Of a stretch of DNA of 64,000 nucleotides, positions 1 to 13,914 are shown one piece after another. The translations under genes were made by a program, and so were the position numbers. Position 1 is the first letter of the stretch, and each line of letters begins with the position of its first letter. The notes beneath the pieces were generated by a model. It did no database searches. It was given only the letters and a program-made list of their open reading frames with translations, and was not told the DNA's origin. The stretch comes from Eledone cirrhosa (Eukaryota): positions 15,314,001-15,378,000 of the forward strand of contig OZ024766.1 in the NCBI GenBank assembly GCA_964016885.1. Reading direction: 5' to 3'.

Positions 1-665
1 ATATATATTTATGTGTATTTTTGCGTGTGTGTACGTGTTATATGATATGTAGTTCTCTAGCAATATATAGATTTCTTAATGTTTAGATTCCAAGTTTTAA
101 TATATTGATCTCAATTTTTAAACTAAATATCTAATCATAGTTAAACAATGATTAATTTCTCATATTATGTATGTATATTCCATTCATGATTATTAATATT
201 TCTAATTTTATTTATTCATTTCATCTCAATTGTTAAGTTAACTTAATATGACATGACTTAATGTGTTCATTCTTTCCCCCTCTCTCTATCTCTCTATTTT
301 TCTCTCTGTCTGGTGTTTTGATATATCTCTCTCGTTTTTCTCTCGTTTTTCTTTTTTCTTGTTTTCTTTCTTTCTTTCTCCCTTTTCTCTCTCTCCGTCC
401 TTTTCCTTATCTGTAACACTACGACTTATTTTAAAAATACTAATATAAGTAAACAACTCCACTATCCCTGAGTCTTCCAAAAGTAACGGTTGCATTTTGT
501 AAGGGTATGTCAATATTTATTTATAAAACTGTTATATATTGTATTTTGTCTGATGAAAGCATACCATAATTTAACATGGTATCCTTGAAATATGTATAAT
601 AAAATAGATATGGTTTTATAAATATAGTTTCCATTTGTTAATATCGTATAATAAAATAAATATAG

Positions 666-1034
666 TTTTACGTCCGTTCTTCCATGCTAGCATGGGTTAG
701 ACGGGTTGTCCTGTTGTGGGCAGTGTCTGGTCGGCTGACCATGCCTTGCTCATACAGGAACTGATTTTGGCTTTTCTATAGCCGGATGCCCTTCCTAACA
801 CCAACCTCATTTACAGTGAGTGTTGCGTGCTTTTTTCCGTGGCGCCTATACGTCCACTTTACAGTGTGGGCTGGGTGCTTTTTTTATGTGGCACCTCCAC
901 GACCACTTTGCAGTGGGAGGGTGTGGGGGCATATTGTCTATATGCTTCAGCTTGAACCCATGGGAGGTCGGGTACTCTGTATTACTGCGTGACGCCAGAG
1001 GTCACGGTCGTGTGTCATCGCCTTTGAGAGGTGT
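666..1034 (-). mobile_element. 5'-truncated RTE LINE family A copy (last codons plus 3' UTR)
   Basis: Near-identical to 17808-18175, the 3' end of the intact RTE; abuts a (TA)n tract. Confidence 0.85.
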
Positions 1035-1293
1035 GTGTTTATATATATATATATACAAATAAATTATCGAGAATCGGAATCTCGGCCCATGAAATAATGA
1101 AACACAATCAAAGTGCTCAATAGTTTGGATAAACCAGAGCTATAACTAACGTTTAAATACCAACACACTGAGATAATGCTTAAAATCATTCGCACAGCCG
1201 AAAAAAACGACCAAGAAAATTCGGGTCAGACAAATAATAAATATATATATATATATTTTTTCTTTTAACATATATGTGTATATAAAATATATA

Positions 1294-1368
1294 CAGGGTC
1301 TCCCCAAAAATGTATACACACTTCAACTACAGTCTATGTAAGTGTGTATACATTTTGGGGGGACACTG
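1294..1368. mobile_element. 75-bp Tc1/mariner-type MITE
   Basis: TA|CAGGGTCTCCCCAAAAATGTATACACACTT...AAGTGTGTATACATTTTGGGGGGACACTG|TA: imperfect TIRs of about 30 bp with TA on both sides. Confidence 0.75.
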
Positions 1369-1819
1369 TAATATACATATCATTAAACGTATCTCCTACA
1401 TGTGTATAAATAAATATACATGTATTTTATTAACAATTTTCTGTAGAATCTGTTAAACATGGAAGAAAATGTGGAGACTAAATAAAATTAACGTGTTGGT
1501 CACATTAACTTAATAATATAACTATATATTAATGAAATATGTCGAAATAAAAGTTGTAATTGTGACAAAAATATTGATTCGGTAGTTTATTATGACCAAG
1601 ACTACTCATTATCCCACTACATCTTTTGTATACTATATATATACTGTATATATACTGTTTATATATATATATACACACACACATATAATTGCGTATTCAC
1701 ACATTATCTTAGTAATGAAATAATAATTTTAGTAAATTGTTCAAAAGGCAATTCCTTCCTCAATCATTACATAGATGTGTGTATGTAATAATTATTTTGT
1801 ATTGTGTGTCTATTTAGGA

Positions 1820-2925
1820 ATATGTGTAGATGTGTGTGTGTGTAACACAGTAGATGTGTGTGTATGTAACACAATAGATGTGTGTGTATGTAACCCAGTA
1901 GATGTGTGTGTATGTAACTCAGCAGATGTGTGTGTGTAACACAGTAGATGTGTGTGTATGTAACTCAGCAGATGTGTGTGTATGTAACACAGTAGATGTG
2001 TGTGTGTGTGTAACACAGTATATGTATTTGTATGTAACACACTAGATGTGTGTGTATATATAACACAGTAGATGTGTATGTAACAAAGTAGATGTGTATA
2101 TATAACACAGTAGATGTGTGTATATGTAACACAGTAGATGTGTATATATAACACAGTAGATGTGTATGTAACACAGATGTGTATATATAACACAGTAGAT
2201 GTGTGTGTATGTAACACAGATATGTGTGTATGTAACACAGTAGATGTGTATGTAACACAGTAGATGTGTATATATAACATAGTAGATGTGTGTGTATGTA
2301 ACACAGATGTGTGTATGTAACTCAGCAGATGTGTGTGTGTAACACAGTAGATGTGTGTGTATGTAACTCAGCAGATGTGTGTATGTAACACAGTAGATCA
2401 GTAGATGTGTGTGTGTGTGTAACACAGTATATGTATGTGTATGTAACACACTAGATGTGTGTGTATATATAACACAGTAGATGTGTGTGTATGTAACACA
2501 GTAGATGTGTATATATAACACAGTAGATGTGTATGTAACACAGTAGATGTGTATATATAACACAGTAGATGTGTGTGTATGTAAACAGATGTGTGTGTAT
2601 GTAACACAGTACATGTGTGTATGTAACACAGTAGATGTGTATGTAACACAGTAGATGTGTATATATAACACAGTAGATCTGTGTATATATAACACAGTAG
2701 ATGTGTGTGTATGTAACACAGTAGATCAGTGTGCATGTAACACAGTAGATGTGTGTGTATGTAACACAGTAGATGTGTGTATGTAACAGTATATGTATGT
2801 GTATGTAACACACTAGATGTGTGTGTATATGTAACACAGTAGATGTGTATGTAACACAGTAGATCTGTGTGTATGTAACACAGTACACGTGTGTATGTAA
2901 CACAGTAGATGTGTGTGTATGTAAC
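1820..2925. repeat. Minisatellite, 20-26-bp unit TGTAACACAGTAGATGTGTGTGTA
   Basis: Direct tandem copies with a variable (GT)n stretch; explains the low-complexity ORFs at 1810-2955. Confidence 0.95.
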
Positions 2926-3459
2926 TAAAGTGTAACGTACATTACGAATGGACAACTAAAAGATTTTAACTTGTTTTTTAACAATTCATGGTGGAAAAAA
3001 ATTTAAATTGTCTCAATTCAGACCATAAAGGGCCGCAACACATGGTGTTTGACACACTTACCGGCTACATAGCCTCGGGGTCTATTTTACTGAGACCGGC
3101 TACATATCTTCTTCCTAAAATCTTCCAACATAATTTTATACAAGAACCACATGTGAAGTTACTAATAAAATAATTAATAATTAAACACTTCAGTAAATCC
3201 TTCAAATGATATCTCAGTAATGAAATAATTAATAATTGTTATAAATACCTCAAAATTCCTCATTAATTAAACCCAAGACAGGTAAAAACTCCAGAGTCTT
3301 TCAATCGGACATGAAACAAATTAATTTCTAATGGAAGAAGTAAAGATTTTAAAGTCAGCCAAGGGAGATCACTCTCAGCGACTTATCGTAATTCTCGTTC
3401 CGGAATTAATCCGGATTAAAATATTCCGGTGTATTTTGTGTGGAGGAAACCGGATTTAG

Positions 3460-3700
3460 GCGGTGATAGCACGCAGTACATGAACGTATGGTTCGTGAGT
3501 TCGAATACCAGACCGGGTGGTCTGTACGTCGGGGCCTTGAACAAGACACTTTATTTCTCTTTGTTTTATTTTACCCAGCTGGCAAAGATAATAAGTTGTA
3601 ATAATTATAGTGGAAACGTTGTTACATAGAATTGTCACACTGAATCTCCCTGAGAAGAATGTCAACGGTATACGTGTCAATGAAATACTCAGACACATTA
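3460..3700 (+). mobile_element. Degenerate tRNA-derived SINE
   Basis: B-box-like GAGTTCGAATACC followed by CCTTGAACAAGACACTTTATTT, the central motif shared with SINE family 2. Confidence 0.5.
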
Positions 3701-3789
3701 TAATATAAGACGGGTTCTACATGTATTTCAAAGGGAAGCCATGCCATACGTCTTACTGAATCTCCCTGAGAACTACGTATATACTAGTG

Positions 3790-4960
3790 ACTATCAGACA
3801 TAGTGTATCTAGGATCACATTATCTAATGTACAGTACAGTAGTTAGTATTAGTGGCTATAAGACATAGTTTATCTAGGACTACATTATCTAATGTACAGT
3901 ACAGTAGTTAGTATTAGTGGCTATAAGACATAGTATATCTAGGACTACATTATCTAATGTACAGTATAGTGGCTATCAGACATAGTGTATCTAGGACTCC
4001 ATTATCTAATGTACAGAATAGTGGCTATCAGACATAGTGTACCTAGGACTACATTATCTAATGTACAGTATAGTGGCTATCAGACATAGTGTACCTAAGA
4101 CTACATTGTCTAATGTACAGTATAGTGTCTATCAGACATAGTGTATCTAGGACTACATTGTCTAATGTACAGTATAGTGGCTATCAGTCATAGTGTACCT
4201 AGGACTACATTATCTAATGTACAGTATAGTGGCTATCAGACATAGTGTATCTAGGACTACATTATCTAATGTACAGTATAGTGGCTGTAAGACATAGTAT
4301 ATCTAGGACTACATTATCTAATATACAGTATAGTGGCTATCAGACATAGTGTATCTAGGACTACATTATCTAATGTACAGTATAGTGGCTGTAAGACATA
4401 GTGTATCTAGGACTACATTATCTAATGTACAGTATAGTGGCTATCAGACATAGTGTATCTAGGACTACATTATCTAATGTACAGTATAGTGGCTATCAGA
4501 CATAGTGTATCTAGCACTACATTATCTAATGTACAGTATAGTGTCTATCAGACATAGTGTACCTAGGACTACATTATCTAATGTACAGTATAGTGGCTAT
4601 CAGACATAGTGTATCTAGGACTACATTATCTAATGTACAGTATAGTGGCTGTAAGACATAGTATATCTAGGACTACATTATCTAATGTACAGTATAGTGT
4701 CTATCAGACATAGTGTATCTAGGACTACATTATCTAACGTACAGTATAGTGGCTATCAGACATAGTGTATCTAGGACTACATTATCTAATGTACAGTATA
4801 GTGGCTATCAGACATAGTGTATCTAGGACTACATTATATAATGTACAGTATAGTGTCTATCAGACATAGTGTACCTAGGACTACATTGTCTAATGTACAG
4901 TATAGTGTCTATCAGACATAGTGTACCTAGGACTACATTGTCTAATGTACAGTATAGCAG
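3790..4960. repeat. 52-bp tandem satellite (about 22 copies)
   Basis: Unit ATCAGACATAGTGTATCTAGGACTACATTATCTAATGTACAGTATAGTGGCT; period checked at 4021 and 4073. Confidence 0.95.
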
Positions 4961-4997
4961 TTAGTATTTGTGGCTATCATTATTATAGACTTCAAGT

Positions 4998-5162
4998 CGG
5001 TAGAGGGTCAGACGCCATGCTTTCCAGCATAGTTACGTCCCTTTACGATCTGAGTTCAAATCCCGCCGAGGTTGACTTTGCCTTTCATCCTTACGGGGTC
5101 GATAAAATAAAGTACCAGTAATGCACTGGGTAATTGCTGGCCTTGTGCCTAAAGTAGAAATA
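4998..5162 (+). mobile_element. tRNA-derived SINE family 1 with 19-bp target-site duplication
   Basis: B box GAGTTCAAATCC; ATTATTATAGACTTCAAGT flanks it at 4979-4997 and 5163-5181; many other copies in the window. Confidence 0.85.
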
Positions 5163-5653
5163 ATTATTATAGACTTCAAGTAAATCTTTGTCAACTTACC
5201 TCCTTCACATATAATCAATGTGTTGTGTTGTTAGTTGTTACTAAACAACCAAAGAAATAATCTCTTTGTTATCAAATTAAAAGTTTCAAAGATGTTATCA
5301 GCTTTATTTCACGACATTAACGTTGGTGTATCTTCTTCATCTTTAGTCATGAATTGATATCTTGTCCGAATGAAGTAGTGAGGATGACTTTATGTCTTTA
5401 GCTACAGATTTGATAGGAAATATATATATATTAGGTTGATATGTGGTCTAAAATATATATATTGTCTATAAATGACTGATAGCAGATGTTCTGGTGAAAT
5501 AGTAGTTTTACTACTACAGATTGTAATGGAACTCTTAGTAGACACAATTGTAAAGTAAGAATAGATATGACAGTGTAAGACTGATGTCGGGGAAATAAAC
5601 TTGTGTATATATATATAATTGTTACACAAGATATAATTAGATTAATTAAAGTT

Positions 5654-5841
5654 ATAATTGTTTCTACTTTAGGCACAAGGCCAGCAATTAACCAGTGCAT
5701 TACTGGTACTTTATTTTATCGACCCCGTAAGGATGAAAGGCAAAGTCAACCTCGGCAGGATTTGAACTCAGATCGTAAAGGGACGTAACTATGCTGGAAA
5801 GCATGGCGTCCGACCCTCTACCGATACTGCCAATTCACCGC
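5654..5841 (-). mobile_element. SINE family 1, inverted copy
   Basis: Reverse complement of 4998-5170 plus extra 5' head sequence. Confidence 0.85.
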
Positions 5842-6738
5842 AATGAAGGCAGCAGGTACTCGGTGTCGTTGTGCATGTTTCAACTCTCTTCCCGGTGTCA
5901 TACGTTAAAAGTCCCTGATATAATTTAATACCTTCAGACACAGTTCCAATCGTTTTTAGTTTATTGTAAATCAGAAAGTATCACTCAATAAAATATCAAT
6001 TATATATCAATAAGAAAACCTCTAGGTAGTCTCACTGACTGCTAGAAATAGCAGCGATATTACCCATTACAACTGCTCTCTCTCTCTATATATATATATA
6101 TACACACATATATGTACGTATGTATGTATATGTGTATATATGTGTATGAATGAGTGTGTATGTGTGTATATGTGTACATAGGGTTTTGGTATATGTACGT
6201 TTGGTGAACATATGTGTATTTACCTGTATGTATGTGTGAGTGTGCGTTCTATACGCATTTATGCGTGTATATTTATATATGTATTTATAATTATATGTAT
6301 ATATACACACACAAACATATATTTATATGTGTATTTGGTGCATACAATCGTATGTGTGCGGGTATATGTGTTGCGCCGGTTTACGTCCGTGCGCGCCTGT
6401 TTATGTGTACGTATATGTATATGCATGCATGCCGTGAGTTTTCGCATATGCTCATGTATAAATGTGTGTATGTATATATTTAATTATTATTACTTTTATG
6501 ATTTTAATAACATCTGTCATTTTCGTTCAACTAATTTATTTACATTATTCTGGACTCCGAAGCCGAGCATCATTCAGTTTCCTTAATAGAATATTAGTCT
6601 ACGACTCCATTTACACCATAAACGTGGTTTTGTCTTTACGTGTAATTGTTGTCACCGCTCCACATAACGACGTATTATCTTCTTTTTCCCGTTCATTGCC
6701 AGGGAAGTCTTCACGAATCAAAGCATAAATTATTTTCA

Positions 6739-7295
6739 CGAGCTGACGTACCCAGCTTCGCCCGGGTAAACAGATGATAAAAGAAAAGGTCCCTATTTAC
6801 TCCCTTCACAACTCTGTATGTTAGACTGACAGACAGGCACACAGACAGATAAACTGCGTGGCGATTGTGGAACGCCGCACGTATACACACATACACGCAC
6901 ACAAACTTACACACACACCCGTGCACTTACACACACGCACACACTCACACATGTTGATAGTTTTTACTTTCTGTGGAACGCTGCACGCACACATACATAA
7001 ACATACGCGCACGTACATACACACGCACACATGTTAATAGTTATTGCTTTCCTTCCCCTCTTATTTCCACACACATCACACACACACACACGTCTCTACA
7101 CTGACACATATACATAGTGTATCCAACACAGCGTTCACTTTGCCTCTCTCTCGCCTCTCTCTCTCATTGGCATTATACATATTAATTTAAGTTTGGCGTC
7201 GTTGAGGTGGGCGGAGTTGTTTGAAACCTATGAACCAATGATAATCGAGAATTATGACACATGGAATATTGACATTGTTGAAATTAATATATAGA
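6739..7295 (-). mobile_element. Non-autonomous Helitron derivative (about 557 bp)
   Basis: 5' TC at 7295 followed by sequence homologous to 12720-13126; 3' hairpin TACCCGGGCGAAGCTGGGTA then CTCG (CTAG variant) followed by T. Confidence 0.8.
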
Positions 7296-10200
7296 CTAGC
7301 TGACGTACCTAGCTTCGCCTGGGTAAACAGATGATAAGAGAAGACAGGTAAAAGAGAAAATGTCTGTATTGGGTGTTTGTCTGGTTACAGTGTGAGGCGA
7401 GTCCGTGGTGTCTGTGTGATACAAAAAAACAGTAAAAATAATCTTCCAGATATACCAGATTCTTCGTTGTCCGGTTTGTGCATAGTATATGAACAATTCT
7501 AGGTGCTCCCACCTAGAATAGTGACCTCTAGGAGATGGTTCCTCTTCTGCCTGACTGGAAAACGTGTATCATTGCATAGACGTGGTTGTTCCACGTTTCT
7601 CAAAAGGATGATGGAAGTTCCAATCTTTTATATTATATGTAGATATAGATATAGATAATTAATAAAAAAGATGTCCGTCAATGTAAAGAAGGTCCCTATT
7701 TACTTGAAATGGTTTATACAAATGCCAAATTAATATGGATATGGATAACATGCTTATCTATAAGTGGTCAGCTATAATAATAAACCAACAAATTATATGA
7801 CACAAAAATTTATTCAGTAATTTCCAGGCTCTTAGCCACTGAGTAATAGACAGTCAATATTGCCCAGATTTCAACTCGGGGAGGTGGCCTGGTTTGAACT
7901 CAAAATGGCGGATCCTTCTACTTCGAAAATAGAATGGTTTTTCAATATTACTCTAGCCCTGGCCGGCCATAGGCACCAAACTTTTTGCCAGACTCAGCAT
8001 ATGATGAGGTTTTATTACCACTGCAATCAGAAGCGATAAATTTGAAGGCAATTTCTACCAATACTTGTTGGTTTTTATTGCTCATTATCGACAATAAATG
8101 ACATTGAACATAAATGATAACTCTGCCAAAGCTCACAATACAGATGAAAGGAAACCAATGTCCGAATCATATACGTTGCTTATTGATAGCATTAAAGATA
8201 TGCATACATCAGATCAAAGCTTCATTATAGACAATATTTAGGTTTGTTCCTCTGTTAGTGGTATCAATTGCAAATTTTATACCATCAGGATCGCACACTC
8301 GAGATGCAGCAACATAGAGTTGCCCATGGCTGGATCATTCAAACAGATACCGACTCGCTTGAAAGTCTGTCCCTGTGCCTTGTTGACAGTCATGGAGAAG
8401 GCCAAATTGACGGGAAACTGTCTCCTTTGCCAAATAAATGGCAGCAGATCTTCACTTGGTCTCAGCATGATCCTCGGAATGAGAACCGATGCCTCTCTGC
8501 CTGGGAGTTTAGCTTCTAAAACTCTTCCGTTAATCAATCTCTCAACAATCAATCTGGTACCATTGCAAAGACCCATTTTATGATTGATATTTCTAAGCAA
8601 TATAATCGGCAAACCCTTTTTCAACCTCAAAATATGTGGGGGAAATCCGGGTATTTGAAGTGAATTCAGATACTCAGTCGGAACATCCATACTGTTCTGC
8701 TGATTAGGCTCCATTGCATCCGCACTGACGGTCAACCATTCCTCTCCAGGAAACATTCCGGCTACTTGTGAATTTATTTCATCGACCGTTGCATTCGTAT
8801 GAGTTAGAATAACACGTTCCGATATTCAGGAGATATTCTGCCAAAAAGCATTCAAATTAGGGAACACCCAGTCAATCAAGCCTTGGCGGTCCAGTGGCAT
8901 GACCAAATGGTCTGGGATTTATACAGTCTGATTATCACCAGCGTGTGGCAATTCATCGTTTCCCAACTGCATCAACCATCAGCCGTATGTCTCAGCCTCT
9001 TCGTTTTGCCCGAACATAGGAAGTCGCATATTATCGTGTAATCGCAAAACTCTGAAATGGCGCCACAACGTGGACTTTTTCAGACATGCATTGACAATTT
9101 GTGCTCTTTGAGCATTCCTAACAATTGGTAGCACCTGTCTGAAATCGCCACCAAGAACGATAGTCTTACCACTGAATGGCAGGTCACTACCGCAGATATC
9201 TCTCAAAGTTCTGTCCAATGCCTCCAGCAAATATCTGTGTGCCATTGGAGCCTTGTCCCAAATAATCAGAGACGTATTGCGTATAAGGCCCGCGAGTTCA
9301 CTTTGTCCTGTAATATTACAGAAACTCAATTCATCTGGAGCCAATGGAGCCTTGAAGCATGAGTGGAAGGTCCTTCCACCACTCAGCAAAGTGGCAGCGA
9401 TGCCCCTGGTGGGCACAGGGAGAGCAATCTTCCTCTGAGCTCTGACTGCCGATAACATAGTGTTGAAACAGAATGTCTTTCCGGTGCCTCCTGGAACATC
9501 TATGAAAGCACAAAGTTGCTCATTAGTGGAAATCGAGTGGAGAGCGCCATCAACCAATTCTCTGTGAGATTGGGTCAACATTGGCATACGTTCATCCACA
9601 ATACGTTGCTGTTCCAGTGGATCAAACTGGAATAGTTCCCTCCGATCGAGTGGCAACCGTCTAAGCTGCAATCTCATGTTCAATGCTAAGACACGTTGCC
9701 GCATTTCTTCATCAGGAATTGGTAAATTGAAATCTGTTAAACATTTCAAATGAACTTCGAGCAGTTGCTCAATATTGAGCAAAACAATAGCTTTCAGCAA
9801 ATTTTCATCATAGACCTGAAGATGGTGCCTAAAATCATCAGCCATAATTCCCCAATGGCGTTCGAATAACTCTCTTGGATCGGCAGGATTGCAGAATCCT
9901 AGAATCGTGACAAACAACTGCCTTATTCGAGCTGGCATCTGTGTTGTTCCTGCAGCTTCCATGGCGTTATACCATTCAGCGTCATCCTGAAGGAGTCCCA
10001 GATGCTGACACACAGCCTGGTATCTTTTATATTCCACGCCATTGATTGTTTTCAAATCAGCGAAGCTCTGTTTACCTCTCGAAAAATCACTATGCAACAG
10101 AACTCGGAGATAAAACACATCACCAGATGCTGGATGGACATTACAAACCCGTCCAATAGTCATGAATCTCAACTTTTGTTTTCTATCATTCCATTTCTTT

Positions 10201-13126
10201 CCCTTCTTATCCCACGTATAGTGCGAAGGGAAATCGCAGTAGAGTTGCTTTTGATCCGGGTTCAAAGCATGTTCCCTATTATGCTTGAACCACTCAGTCA
10301 ATTCCGTCTTAGGAGGTGGTGCGTTAGCAATTCTTTCGATACCTCTTCTAGTGTCCTTAAAACAGACCATTTGCCTATTCTCTAAGTGAACCGTCAGTTT
10401 CTGAACGCTGTGTTTGCGTTCATTGAGATCAAAATCGAACAATCTCCAGCAAGCTTCGCTAGATCCAATCGAGCGAACATCCTGGAACCTGCCAACTTCA
10501 TCTCCTTGGTTCACTTCCTCATTCCTGACATTCATCATTGCCCCATCATGACCTTTGTAAACATATTTGAATAGATATTTGCAAGCTTTCACTGAGCTAC
10601 AAATTTCCACATTAATATGACAACGATATTTCATAATCAAATTTGGATTGTATGGCACAACCCATTGATTTGTAACCTGTCGACCGTTTACATTTTCGAC
10701 CAAACCGCCATCGGCAGGCGACCGTCTTCTGTATGAGGGATGAGCATCCCCATCATTCCAGGAAGTGTTCGTGACAAAAGATTTCGGAAAGTGCTTACTG
10801 CATTGGCCATTTTTCATGCAAGGCGCTTTCCGATTTGCCACTCCGCATTGGTTGTGCACCATTGACTTTGCCACCAAGTTGCATAGTACCTCATTCTCCG
10901 GCAGTTCAGCACACACAATGCTGTCGACATCCTCAGCACATCACAATTTGCAATGTCTATGTAAAATGATCAGCAAATGTGCATGTGGCAATCCTCTTTT
11001 TTGGAATTCAATTACGTATGTAAAAGCAACTATACTTCCAAAGATTCCCTCTTTTTCCACATCATCCATTATCTTTTTCAGATATCCTTTGAATACTCTT
11101 GCCACAATATCAGGACGGTCCTTTGGCTGTTGTCCTGGCAAAAGTGCATCCTTAATATCAGTCCATTCAGGATTGCATGTAACCGTTATAAACAAATCTG
11201 GCTTTCCAAACTTTCTGACAATAGCCATTGCATCCTGATAGCGAATGTTCATATATCTCGGGCCGCCGATGAACGACGATGGCAAAATGATGCGTCGACC
11301 AATTTGCTTGTAATTGGCATCATCGGCTGTTATCGCATCCTGTATATTATTATACAATTCAGCTCTGATATGTTGCTGATGTGTAGCTATATAATTTAGC
11401 CTTTGATTTTCGATCTTTGCGTATGCCATACAACAGTATTCCTGGAACAATCTGCTGGCTTGAAATAGCGCATTTCTCTGTTGATTCCTCTCGTTCAAAT
11501 GGAACGCGTAAAAGTCGCGAATCGAATTATTGTGTCTATTGCCACCTCCCTGTTGATGCTGATTCTCATGATCATCTAAATGAACAGACATGTTCCATCC
11601 ATTTTCACCTTTTGGGAATAAAAGAACATAATGCAATGGATGGTATGTCCTATTTGACTCATTGATAGTTTTGAGACCACCATCTCTGCGATTGAGGGCG
11701 ATATCTCTCGATCCAGGCTTATCGTCCATCAACACAGCAACTTCACGAAATCCTTCAGGGGCATTATATCGCCGTTCGTGTTGATTCCTTGGCACTGCGT
11801 TAGCCTTAATCATCAATGTTTGTTGCTGAACATTCTGCAGTTCAGCCACCAACATGAAATCCATAACATAAGGATTACACTGTCTAAGCCATGATTGCAA
11901 ATCATGGATCAAATCACTTAACCTTTGCCGTTCAAGTTCAGTTATATTTCCCGGCAACTTCATCCAACCGATCCTGATATCCTCCTCCGATTCACTATAA
12001 TCTGGATCGTTAACGTAAATTTGAGCGAATCAAGGCCTCTCTCCTGGGGTAACTTCTAAATTACCGATACAATGATACAAACGGCATTGAATGACGACAT
12101 TCGGTTGCCATGCTCCACTCTCAAACATCTAACTCTCTGCGATGCTAAAGCTAATAAATTGTTAATTTGCCGCGAATATTTGCGCAGTAATCTACCTCGG
12201 TCTCATTGATCACCCCACATACTTAGTATTTTAAACTTCGGTGACTCCCCATCATCCGGCATTCGCAAAGGTTCTAGTTGAACTGCTCCTTTGTGACAGC
12301 ACATTGTGGTCCACGTCTTTTCGTGCCACCAAAGCAATGCTCCACAATGTGGAGACCCTGCTCGTCCACCAATCTGACAATGACACGGTTGCCATGATCC
12401 ATTTTTGATATCATTCGTTCGCCTTCTAGCCTCTTTACTGGAATGAGGAGCACTTTGCGACACATTCCCTGAACTTCTGTATTGCGCTGGTGCTGTTCAG
12501 CCAGCTCCTCTTCATCCATCGGAGCACGCCATTGCTGCTGAATTCTGGCCACCTGCTGATGATGCTCAGCCAGTTCGTTTTTCAACCATCGCAGCACTCC
12601 GTCGCCGCTGTAGTTCACTGTTTGATAAAGTCGAATTGCTTTTCTTATCAGTATTCATTTGGAGCAATTGTAAAAAAAAATGACACAATAATAAATATAA
12701 AAGATGTCCGTCAATGTAAAGAAAGGTCCCTATTTACTCCCTTCACAACTCTGTGTATGACAGACAGGCACACAGACAGATAAACTGCGCGGCGATTGTG
12801 GAACGTCACACACATACACGCATGGAAACGCGCACACGCCCGCAAACTTACACACGCACACATGTTGATAGTTTTTACTTTCTGTGGAACACTGCACGCA
12901 CGCACACACACATAAACATACGCGCATATACATACACACGCATACATGTTAATAGTTATTGAACACAGCGTTCACACTCTCCCCTCTCACTCCCTCATTG
13001 GCATTATGCATATTAATTTCAGTTTGGCGTCGTTGGGGTGGGCGGAGTCGTTTGAAACCTATGAACCAATGATAATCGAGAATTGTGACACACGGAATAC
13101 TGACGTTCTTCAAATTAATATATAGA
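7296..13126 (-). mobile_element. Helitron, full length but decayed
   Basis: A|TC 5' end at 13126; 3' hairpin and CTAG at 7296-7325; internal RepHel coding remnants. Confidence 0.88.
8250..12618 (-). pseudogene. Helitron RepHel transposase (HUH Rep + PIF1 helicase), disrupted
   Basis: Rep motifs DLFITVTCNPEW, EFQKRGLPHAHLL, KYLFKYVYKGHD; PIF1 motifs PGGTGKT, IIWDKAPM (Walker B E>K), GGDFRQ, FSMTVNKAQGQT. In-frame TGA at 10941-10943 and further stops/frameshifts near 8.8-9.0 kb and 12.0-12.3 kb. Confidence 0.92.
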
Positions 13127-13914
13127 TATATATATCATCATCATCATCATCATTTTACGTCCGCTTTTCTCTGCTTGCAAGCCATGTGCCTCTTCCTATA
13201 TATACATATATACTATATACATATACACACATATACATATATATATATGTATGTATATATATATATGTATATATATATATACGTACTTAATACATGCATA
13301 CATTTATTTTTTTTAAATTAATTGAGTTCTTAACACGCAGGATTAAAATTGTTTTTAAAAAAACTAATTAACCCACGTGTATATTATTTTACTTTCTTAT
13401 GTTTCGCGATTGCCTCCCTTTTCCGCTTCGTGACGCTGTGAAATTCCTCAGTCTAGGACTGCTGGAATTTCAAATTTGGCGGTCATTATGATGCGTGAAG
13501 GGACGACTTAGCTGACACAAAAATAATTGCGGTAAGAAATTTTTTCTTATATCAATGTTTGAAGGGCATCCACTGATGATTTATAAGTGCCCACCTGCAT
13601 ATGTTCTTACAGAAAAATATGTAGGCTTCTACATAAACAAGAAACATTCTCCCAACTTGTAGAAAACTTATAATGAAACAATTGTTTGGAAAGAGAGATA
13701 TATTTTAATTTTAATTATATCTCATATAAAATAATACAACTGGCTTTCCACAAAATACATATAGTTAGCACCCCAAACACAAAATTGGGATTATACTAAG
13801 GTATATCCTAATGTTTGTTGAGTGAGATGGTAGCCAGTCAGAGTTTAGCTTAAAGCTTTCTCTGTTACTGTATTAAATATATGTATATATATATATATAT
13901 ATGTATCTATATAT

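Noticed and set aside
1447-1486. Possible plus-strand terminal exon (TTTTCTGTAG|..SVKHGRKCGD* then AATAAA)
   Set aside because: Too short, and no supporting upstream exon could be identified in the window.
1810-2955. His/Thr/Tyr/Cys-rich ORFs
   Set aside because: Minisatellite translations; the slight resemblance of the unit to EGF exon remnants is too weak to claim.
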